DNA of 64,000 bases from Candidatus Cloacimonadales bacterium (GTDB lineage Bacteria; Cloacimonadota; Cloacimonadia; Cloacimonadales; JAFGVF01). The notes under the pieces are model-generated. The model was not told the origin of the DNA. It did not search any database and saw only the letters and a program-made list of their open reading frames with translations. The position numbers and the translations under genes are program-made. The stretch covers positions 1,280,001-1,344,000 of the forward strand of contig OY759729.1 in assembly GCA_963662585.1 (NCBI GenBank), in the 5' to 3' direction. Below are positions 45,600 through 53,933 of this stretch, piece by piece (positions within the stretch are counted from its first letter, which is position 1; every line of letters begins with the position of its first letter).

Positions 45600-45897
45600 A
45601 AGATTTCCTTTATTTCATATTCCGAAATACTAGAGATAATGTCTAGTAATATTTTATTCATATGAGCTCCAAAACACAATTTTATTTTTTCTTGTCAAAA
45701 ACTAATTTGCTTTTTTTTATAAACATGATTTAGTGTGCTGGGAAATATTTTCGGGAACTAAAGAAATTAACATTATTGTCTTCGTTAAGACCAAGAACTT
45801 GAGTATTAGAGATGGAGTGACAAAGAGATGGAATGACAAAGATAAGGGTATTTTCACACCAATAAACGCGAACTAAAAGAAGAGAAGAGTAAAGACT

Positions 45898-45993
45898 TCT
45901 TCTGTCGGACGGTGGAGATTCTCTCCGCCTCATTGCAAGGCAATGACAATCTTAATTCTTCTCTTCTGTCGGACGGTGAACATCTTGTCCGTC
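45898..45993. repeat. REP-like elements sharing TCTGTCGGA motif with the 24-kb cluster
   Basis: Two copies of CTTCTGTCGGACGGTG each followed by a short hairpin. Confidence 0.55.
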
Positions 45994-46151
45994 TTATATT
46001 GTTGACTAACTTATAAATAGATTAGAAACTGAGTATATCTTCTTATATACCTTTTCAAGAGGGGAACTTAGTTGGGTGTTTCTTCTAAGATGGCGAATAA
46101 TGATTAGCCCCTATAATTCGCAATAGAATAGAAGGCTATGAAGGAAGAATT

Positions 46152-46270
46152 AAGATTCACGGACTAAAGGTCCGTAACCCCAGAAAAGAAGATTCACGGA
46201 CTAAAGGTCCGTAACCCCAGAAAAGAAGATTCACGGACTAAAAGTCCGTAAACCCAGATAAGAAGATTCA
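46152..46270. repeat. 37-bp tandem repeat x3 (+partial) with internal palindrome
   Basis: AAGATTCACGGACTAAAGGTCCGTAACCCCAGAAAAG at 46152, 46189, 46226 (third degenerate). Confidence 0.9.
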
Positions 46271-46514
46271 TAGACCCTCTTTTTTTCTAAAGAAAATTAT
46301 AACTTATCCTTATACTCTAACTTATCAGGTGTAATATTCTTAAGCTTTGTTTCATGAATTAGGTGTTTAATTACTCCTCCAAGCCTATATTAAATGAACT
46401 TCAGGTATGGGCCTACTGCATCATCTGTATTAAACAAAAAAAATATTGCCTAATTATGACATTTAAATTAATTTGATTTAAAATATAATTTTACACTCAA
46501 AAGAGGAAAAAGCA

Positions 46515-46793
46515 ATGTATAAATTAGATGACAAACATTTAGAAATGGCAAAGGAAATAGTCCTATCAGCACGCAAGAAAAAGAATTGCAAAGTGTGTTA
46601 TGATAGGGGATATATTGGCGTAAATCAGCAAAATATGGTAGTAATTTGCCATAAATGTGTTGATGCAGATAAGGCGACAGAAGAGTGGAAAAAATATGTT
46701 CAAGCAAATGAAGATTTGATGGAACATTATGAAGAGTTCTTCGAGGAAGAAGCAGATAATCAAGAAGAAGAAGCTTCAGTAGAAGAGAAGTAA
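46515..46793 (+). CDS. Small hypothetical protein, putative Zn-binding
   Basis: CKVC...CHKC, acidic tail, RBS GAGG; directly upstream of ileS. Confidence 0.7.
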   Translation: MYKLDDKHLEMAKEIVLSARKKKNCKVCYDRGYIGVNQQNMVVICHKCVDADKATEEWKKYVQANEDLMEHYEEFFEEEADNQEEEASVEEK

Positions 46794-46832
46794 TTATTAA
46801 AAAATAGTTTTATTTAGATAAAAGGAAAACAG

Positions 46833-49800
46833 ATGTATAAAAGTATAGATTTAAAAGAGTCACCTGCTCTTCTTGAAGAGAGAGTCAGGAATTATTGGCA
46901 GGAAAAAAATACCCATAAGAAAAGTATAGATAATAGAGAAGGGGCAGAGCAATTTGTTTTCTTCGAAGGACCTCCTACAGCTAATGGAAAACCAGGAATC
47001 CACCATGTAATGGCCAGAACCTTGAAAGATTCAGTATGTCGTTACAAGACAATGCAAGGGTTTCAGGTAAAGCGTAAAGCTGGTTGGGATACTCATGGTT
47101 TACCAGTAGAAATTGAAGTTGAAAAAAGTCTTGGTTTAGATGGAAAACCTGAAATAGAAAAATATGGTATCGAAGCATTTAATAAAAAATGTAAAGAATC
47201 TGTCTTTACTTACGAAGGTTTATGGCGTAAAATGACAGAACAAATGGGGTATTGGGTCGATTTAGACAATCCTTATATCACACTTGATAATAATTATATC
47301 GAGACAGTTTGGTGGATTCTTAATGACTTCTTTAAAAGAGATTTACTCTATAAGGGACACAAGATTGTTCCTTATTGCCCAAAATGTGGCACTCCCCTCT
47401 CTTCCCACGAGGTTGCTCAAGGTTATAAAGATGTAAATGATCCTTCTGTCTTTGTTAAATTCAAAGCTAAAGAAATGGAAAACACCTACTTCTTAGCTTG
47501 GACAACAACTCCTTGGACACTTCTCTCAAATGTAGCTTTGGTAGTAAATCCTAAAGAAACTTATGTTAAAATCAAATTAACAGAAACTCAAGAAAACTTA
47601 ATTTTAGCTAAAGCCAGACTTTCAGTAGTCGCAGAAGATTATGAGATAGTAGAAGAGTATCTTGGTCAAGATTTAGAGCATAAGAGATATGAAAGACTCT
47701 ATGATTTCTTAGGTGTAGAAGAAGATGGTTGGTTTATCGGAATCGCTGATTATGTGACTATGGATGATGGTACCGGTGTAGTTCATACAGCTCCTGCTTT
47801 TGGTGCTGATGACTATAATATTGGAATGAAATATAAATTACCATTCATTAATTTAGTGGATGGAGAAGGTAAATTTATTGAGGCAGTAGAGCCTTGGCAA
47901 GGTATCTTTGTAAAAGATGCTGATAAGGGCATCATCAAAGATATGAAAGAGAGAGAAGTTCTTTATAGAAGAGAACAGATCAACCACAGTTACCCTCACT
48001 GCTGGCGTTGTTCATCTCCTCTTATCTATTACGGTAGAGAGTCTTGGTTTATCAGAACTTCTCAATTTAGAGAAGAGTTAATGAAAAATAACGACACTGT
48101 GAATTGGTATCCTGGCTTTGTTGGTGAGAAGAGATTTGGAGAGTGGCTTAAGAATAATATCGACTGGGCTCTATCCCGCGATAGATTCTGGGGAACTCCT
48201 CTAAATGTCTGGGTGTGCGATGATTGTGGAAAATTAGATTCTGTAGGTTCTATCGAAGAACTTAGAGAAAGAGGATATTATAAAGATGGCTCAAAAGTAG
48301 CTGAAGATATAGAATTACACAGACCTTATGTTGATGATATTCATCTAAAATGTTCTTGTGGTCATGATATGCTCAGAACTCCAGAAGTTATAGATTGCTG
48401 GTTTGATTCAGGCGCTATGCCTTTTGCTCAATGGCACTATCCTTTTGAAAATAAAGATAAATTTGATGGTGAATTATTCCCAGCAGACTTTATCTCTGAA
48501 GGTATAGATCAGACTCGTGGCTGGTTCTACTCTCTGCTCGCTATTTCCACTATTCTTAAAGGAAAAGCTCCTTACAAGAATGTTCTAGTGAATGATTTGA
48601 TTCTTGACGCTAATGGTATCAAAATGAGTAAATCAAAAGGAAACACAGCTGACCCATTCGAATTAATGAAGCAATATGGTGCTGATGTGATTCGTTGGTA
48701 CTTGCTTTATGTAAGTCCACCTTGGGTTCCTACCAAATTCAATGAAAAAGGTGTTGCTGAGATTCTAGGTAAGTTCATGGGAACTCTTAAGAATGTCTAT
48801 TCCTTCTATACTACTTATGCCAACATTGATAAATTCAATGCAAGCGACTATGATTTCGATCAGAAAAAAACTGCAGAAATTGATAGATGGATTATCTCTA
48901 GAACAAACACCTTAATCAAAGATGTTACTGCTTTTAATGATAGTTATGACTTTACTAAGAGTGTAAGAGCTATTCAAGAATTTGTGCTTGATGAAGTTTC
49001 AAACTGGTTTGTTAGAAGATCAAGAAGAAGGTTCTGGTCTTTTGAACTCAATGATGATAAAAAAGATGCTTACGCCACTCTCAACTTTGTCTTAGAGACT
49101 ATTGCTAAGCTGATAGCTCCTTTCGCTCCTTACATGGCTGAGGATATCTATACTAACTTAACAGGTAAAGAATCTGTTCATTTAGAGAAATACCCTCTTT
49201 GTAATGAAGCTGTTATCGATGAGAAATTAGAAGCTGAAATGCAGACTATTATTACTCTCGTGGGCTTAGGTCGTTCAGCTCGTAATACCTGTCAAATTAA
49301 AGTTAGACAGACATTGCAGACAATCTTTGTTCCTGCTTCCACTCAAGATGTAGTTGAAAGAATGACAGACCTGCTTGTTGAAGAAATAAATATTAAAGAG
49401 ATAAAATATATCTCCCGTGATGATGATTTTGTTCATTATGATATGAAACCAAACTTCAAAGTTATGGGTCCTAAATTCGGTAAAAGTATGAAGCTAATTG
49501 CTCAAGCTCTTCCTAAAGAAGATGCTTCTGAAATCATCTCTGCTTTCAACAAAGGTGAGAGTTATAACTTAGTAATCAATGGTGAAACTTTCCCTATCAC
49601 TGAAGAGGATGTGGCAATCTCTATTCAACAGAGAGAAGGCTATACTTTTGAATCTCACAAAGATATGTGGGTAGCTTTAGATACAAGCCTCACTCCTGAG
49701 TTAATCAAAGAAGGTTATGCTCGTGAAATCAATAATAAGATTCAATTTACTCGAAAAGAAAATAACTTTGATATCATGGATCGCATAGATGTATTCTATT

Positions 49801-49958
49801 ATGCTGATGAAGAACTTGCTGAAGTATTTACTACTTTTGCAGACTTCATTGCTTCTGATACTCTTACCGATAACTTCCTAAGAGAAGATAGTAATTCTCA
49901 AATGGAAGAGTATGATATTAATGGTAAAAGTCTCTTTATGAGATTAGTACAAAAATAA
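46833..49958 (+). CDS. ileS: Isoleucyl-tRNA synthetase, type 2
   Basis: EGPPTANG, GWDTHGLP, WTTTPWT, EGIDQTRGWF, KMSKS; 1041 aa with type-2 C-terminus. Confidence 0.96.
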   Translation: MYKSIDLKESPALLEERVRNYWQEKNTHKKSIDNREGAEQFVFFEGPPTANGKPGIHHVMARTLKDSVCRYKTMQGFQVKRKAGWDTHGLPVEIEVEKSLGLDGKPEIEKYGIEAFNKKCKESVFTYEGLWRKMTEQMGYWVDLDNPYITLDNNYIETVWWILNDFFKRDLLYKGHKIVPYCPKCGTPLSSHEVAQGYKDVNDPSVFVKFKAKEMENTYFLAWTTTPWTLLSNVALVVNPKETYVKIKLTETQENLILAKARLSVVAEDYEIVEEYLGQDLEHKRYERLYDFLGVEEDGWFIGIADYVTMDDGTGVVHTAPAFGADDYNIGMKYKLPFINLVDGEGKFIEAVEPWQGIFVKDADKGIIKDMKEREVLYRREQINHSYPHCWRCSSPLIYYGRESWFIRTSQFREELMKNNDTVNWYPGFVGEKRFGEWLKNNIDWALSRDRFWGTPLNVWVCDDCGKLDSVGSIEELRERGYYKDGSKVAEDIELHRPYVDDIHLKCSCGHDMLRTPEVIDCWFDSGAMPFAQWHYPFENKDKFDGELFPADFISEGIDQTRGWFYSLLAISTILKGKAPYKNVLVNDLILDANGIKMSKSKGNTADPFELMKQYGADVIRWYLLYVSPPWVPTKFNEKGVAEILGKFMGTLKNVYSFYTTYANIDKFNASDYDFDQKKTAEIDRWIISRTNTLIKDVTAFNDSYDFTKSVRAIQEFVLDEVSNWFVRRSRRRFWSFELNDDKKDAYATLNFVLETIAKLIAPFAPYMAEDIYTNLTGKESVHLEKYPLCNEAVIDEKLEAEMQTIITLVGLGRSARNTCQIKVRQTLQTIFVPASTQDVVERMTDLLVEEINIKEIKYISRDDDFVHYDMKPNFKVMGPKFGKSMKLIAQALPKEDASEIISAFNKGESYNLVINGETFPITEEDVAISIQQREGYTFESHKDMWVALDTSLTPELIKEGYAREINNKIQFTRKENNFDIMDRIDVFYYADEELAEVFTTFADFIASDTLTDNFLREDSNSQMEEYDINGKSLFMRLVQK

Positions 49959-49976
49959 AAGATAGTAATATAAATT

Positions 49977-50003
49977 AAAGGGACTGAATAATCAGTCCCT
50001 TTT
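49977..50003. terminator. Bidirectional intrinsic terminator
   Basis: AAAGGGACTGA-ataa-TCAGTCCCTTT between convergent genes. Confidence 0.8.
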
Positions 50004-50044
50004 GTTTATTATCAGAAAAGATGTTTTTTGTTAAACTTATCTTC

Positions 50045-53000
50045 TTACTTCTTGACTTCGCTAGTTACTAAAGTAGCTATTAAATCATTAACTTTTTTTA
50101 TACCACTTTCGTAATTACATTTAGTAAATACAGCTAGGGCTTCATTAAGTTTTGTTTTAGCCTCTGCAATTCTTTTTAATTCCAAATCACAGGTAGCCCA
50201 ATTAAATAAAGCAATTCCTTCACTATGCTTGCTACCTAAGCTATTTAGTATTTTGAATTCATCAGCAAAGTTTTGCGCTGCATCAGAGTATTTTTTCTGT
50301 TCTTTATTCAATATTCCAAGTAATCCATAAGAGTTAGCAACACCCTCTAAGTCATCAATACTATTTTGATGAGAAATATTCTCCTTAATTAAGTCGTAAG
50401 CTAAAAGATATTTTCCGCTTTTTATGTAGATTTGAGCAATAATATTATTAACAAAACTCTGAGTTCTTAAATTATTCATTAAGACACCAATATCCCGACA
50501 CTCTAAAGCATAGTTGAGAGCCTTTTCATTTTCATTTTTAGAGATATGGATTAGTGCTAAATTATAAAGAATACGAGATACCTGATTAGTATTCAAACTA
50601 AGTCGAGCTATTTCTAAAGCTTCAAGAAGAAGTGATAAGGATTCGGAGACATTCTTCTCATTATACTCTAACATAGCTAAATCAGACATAATCCTACATT
50701 TGGTAATTCTGTTACCGGTCTCTTCTGAGTATTTTAATGCTTTAAGATAATAACTTTTTGCTTGATATTTATCTCCCAGATGATAGGTCATAACACCAAT
50801 ATTGTGAGCTCCACTTGCCATAAGATCAGAAGTATTCAAACTTTCAATTAGGTTTAAATTCAACTTAAAATAGTGAAGAGCATCATAATATTTTGATTTC
50901 TCCATAAAATAAACACCTAACAAATTCGCTATTCTACTAATATAGAGGTCATTATCAGAATCTAGATACTTATCTAATAACTCTATGGATATCTTTTCAA
51001 ACTCTTCTCCTCGGTTAAGATATCTGAGTGAATCTAAGTAATAGATAGTCAAATGAATTTTGTATTCCGAACCTTCATAAAGCTCAATAATTTCTTGAGT
51101 GAAAGCTACTAATTCCTTATACTTCTCTTGCACAAAAAGTGCTTTCGCTTTTAGATAATTTAGTTTAAACCAGTGAACAGTATTAGGTTTAATAATTGCC
51201 TCTAATTCTTCAATACCCTGATTGGATATATCTAACCTACTCTCCTCTAGATTGACCTCAACTATTTTCAATTTTGTATCAATCATTATTTCCTCATCAT
51301 TTATGTTATTTGCTTTTATATATTCAAGAAGTTGCAGACAGTATTTTAGTGCTGCACCATATTTATGATATTTAATAGAATCATCAATTGCTAATCTCAA
51401 ATAGTGAATTGATTTTTCTAATAGCTCTCCATTTATGGAGTTGTAAATCAATTCTTCAAAGTGGTTATGAATATTATCTTGATAAATTTTTTCCATTGAT
51501 ATTACAGCTTTCTTATGAATATTTACACTTTGACTTACTAATAGCAACTTATAAATGCAATCACGATATATAGTATTTCTAAAAACATAATTAAATTCTA
51601 GAGCAGGATACCAGAGGTTTTCAATCTCGCCCTCGGCAAGAAATCGAGAAATATCATTCCCACCCATCATCTCTTGCAAAATTCTCTTATCAAACTTGTT
51701 TCCTAGAACAGTAGCAACCTTTACTACTTTTTTCAAGATATCGTCTAACTTATCTATCCTCTCAATAATCATTGCTTCTATAGTATCAGGAATTGAGAAT
51801 GTATCTTCTAAAAGATATTTATCTTCATTAAGTAATTTTCCCCGCTTGATATAACTTACAATTTGCTCTATATAAAAAGGATTACCTTTAGATTGTTCTA
51901 TTATTCTAGTTAGAAGTTTATCTGTGATTTTAATGTTATCTTCTAAGTCATCATAAAGAAATGATTTAACCATCTTTATTGAATCATTTTGATTCAGATT
52001 AGATAATTCAAAGCACTTATTTTCTTGTGAAATCCCTAAATCATCAAATAAATTAATTTGTTGGTTTCGACTTAAGATAATTATCGTTATAGGATAATCC
52101 TTGATGAGTGGATAGAAATAGCGCAGGAAGTTATAACTTTCAGGATCGATAGAATCGAAATTATCTATAATCATGACTGTCGGAAGATTTAAAGAAAGAA
52201 GTCTAAAAATGTTTGTCACTGCATATAGAGTATTTTCATACCTATTTTTAATTATTTCGCTATCTACATTATCTGCGAGAAATTCCTTAATCCCCAATAA
52301 ATTCTCAAACAAACTTATGCCACTATTCAACTCATGAATCAAAGTCTTATTACTTACATTCTGAGCTAAGGAATCAATTATTTTGACAATTTTATTTCTA
52401 TTAACTTGATAATCATCAGAATCAATTATCTTAAAATAGTATTTAAAAAAGGATAATAAAGGATTGTAATTTTGCCTTAGAACCGAATCACATTCCATAT
52501 AAACCCAGGAGTAATTCGTTTTTCCTAACAGATTCACTAACTCTGCAACAATTCTTGTTTTACCTATTCCTTCATCTCCGTATATATTTAGGATTTTTGA
52601 GACTACTTTAGATGTAGAGTCATTTATTTTATTACTTATGGAGACAAGTTGCTCTTCCCTACCTACAAATTTGTTATTGAAAGAGAGAAACTCACTTATA
52701 TATTTTGGTGCGGTTAGTACATAAGTTGGGACTTTTGCCTGGAATCCTTTATAATTCCTATAACCTTTCATTATAATTTTAAAGTTCTTACGAGCTTTAT
52801 TATAAATATATTTATCTACCAATATTTCATTATTGCTTGCCTGTATAGCCATCTGAGCAGAAAGATTAACAGACATCCCCAATACTGTGTATTCTCCCCG
52901 AGTATTGCTACCCACAAAACCTGCATAAGCTTCTCCATAACTAATGCCTATTCTAGAGACATTGGCATGATAATTTCTTACTTCCAGGGCAAAATTACAA

Positions 53001-53833
53001 GCTCTAATTGAGGCGTTATGAAAAGCCTTAGGAGCGCCAAAAATTACTAAAATAACCATTCCTTTATCAGAGTAATCTACTTTATTGAAGTAACCTCCAT
53101 AGCGCAGAGATAAATCCATAACCCTTATTATAAATCTATCCTTATCTTCTGAATCTTCAAAAGCAATAAAGCAACTAACTACTTTTCTAAACTCACCTAT
53201 TTTATCATGATTTCTTAAAATTGGAGGTAAAAACAAATCATAATTTTTATAAATAACATCCTTATACTCAATGCTCTTCTGATCTGTTTCATGCCCCTTA
53301 TTACTTACAGGAAAAGAGTAGTTTACTTCCCCTCTACTAGCTTTCATTATAGCTTGAATAGCTGAATCAACACCACAACCTGAGAAAAGATAGGTTGAAT
53401 AATAATCAGACTTAAAAATATCAAGACAGACCTCTCCAAAGCCAACCCCGACTTTGATAGAGATAAGAAAAGAAAGTTCAAAATTGTTCTCAGAATTATA
53501 GTCATCTACTGAAGTGATTATTTGAGAAGTTAGTTTGGGAAAATCAATATGAGCAATTTCATTATCCGGGAAAATTGCTATAAAAGAATCACCTGCGAAT
53601 GATGAAATAAATCCGTGATGTTCTTCAATAATTGTGATTAGAGGTTCAAAGAGTTTTCTAATTATCTTAGCAAGTTCTTCTGCCCCTGCAGAGCCCCTAT
53701 CCATTAAGAGTTGGGTTAATTCAGTAAATCCTGAAATATCAATAATCAAGATATGGGCGAATAACTCTTTTCTATACTTACCCTTTATAAATTCATTTAA
53801 TACAAAATCTGGAACAAAACTTTTATATTTCAT
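50045..53833 (-). CDS. Class III nucleotide cyclase (two domains) + STAND ATPase + TPR protein
   Basis: IDISGFT, FAGD, FGAP, EYTVLG-VNLSAQ; Walker A GDEGIGKT; GNPFYIEQ; C-terminal TPRs. Confidence 0.9.
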   Translation of the reverse strand: MKYKSFVPDFVLNEFIKGKYRKELFAHILIIDISGFTELTQLLMDRGSAGAEELAKIIRKLFEPLITIIEEHHGFISSFAGDSFIAIFPDNEIAHIDFPKLTSQIITSVDDYNSENNFELSFLISIKVGVGFGEVCLDIFKSDYYSTYLFSGCGVDSAIQAIMKASRGEVNYSFPVSNKGHETDQKSIEYKDVIYKNYDLFLPPILRNHDKIGEFRKVVSCFIAFEDSEDKDRFIIRVMDLSLRYGGYFNKVDYSDKGMVILVIFGAPKAFHNASIRACNFALEVRNYHANVSRIGISYGEAYAGFVGSNTRGEYTVLGMSVNLSAQMAIQASNNEILVDKYIYNKARKNFKIIMKGYRNYKGFQAKVPTYVLTAPKYISEFLSFNNKFVGREEQLVSISNKINDSTSKVVSKILNIYGDEGIGKTRIVAELVNLLGKTNYSWVYMECDSVLRQNYNPLLSFFKYYFKIIDSDDYQVNRNKIVKIIDSLAQNVSNKTLIHELNSGISLFENLLGIKEFLADNVDSEIIKNRYENTLYAVTNIFRLLSLNLPTVMIIDNFDSIDPESYNFLRYFYPLIKDYPITIIILSRNQQINLFDDLGISQENKCFELSNLNQNDSIKMVKSFLYDDLEDNIKITDKLLTRIIEQSKGNPFYIEQIVSYIKRGKLLNEDKYLLEDTFSIPDTIEAMIIERIDKLDDILKKVVKVATVLGNKFDKRILQEMMGGNDISRFLAEGEIENLWYPALEFNYVFRNTIYRDCIYKLLLVSQSVNIHKKAVISMEKIYQDNIHNHFEELIYNSINGELLEKSIHYLRLAIDDSIKYHKYGAALKYCLQLLEYIKANNINDEEIMIDTKLKIVEVNLEESRLDISNQGIEELEAIIKPNTVHWFKLNYLKAKALFVQEKYKELVAFTQEIIELYEGSEYKIHLTIYYLDSLRYLNRGEEFEKISIELLDKYLDSDNDLYISRIANLLGVYFMEKSKYYDALHYFKLNLNLIESLNTSDLMASGAHNIGVMTYHLGDKYQAKSYYLKALKYSEETGNRITKCRIMSDLAMLEYNEKNVSESLSLLLEALEIARLSLNTNQVSRILYNLALIHISKNENEKALNYALECRDIGVLMNNLRTQSFVNNIIAQIYIKSGKYLLAYDLIKENISHQNSIDDLEGVANSYGLLGILNKEQKKYSDAAQNFADEFKILNSLGSKHSEGIALFNWATCDLELKRIAEAKTKLNEALAVFTKCNYESGIKKVNDLIATLVTSEVKK

Positions 53834-53874
53834 CTATCTCCCAAGTATTTAGTCTTTCATTAATCTTGTGTAAA

Positions 53875-53900
53875 ATACAACCCTCGGCTGAGGGTTGTTT
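53875..53900 (-). terminator. Hairpin/terminator between repeat-protein gene and cyclase gene
   Basis: ACAACCCTC-ggct-GAGGGTTGT. Confidence 0.6.
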
Positions 53901-53933
53901 ATTACACATATATGCTTTATTATGGAGAGAAGA

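Noticed and set aside
46152..46270. CRISPR array
   Set aside because: Units abut directly with no spacers.
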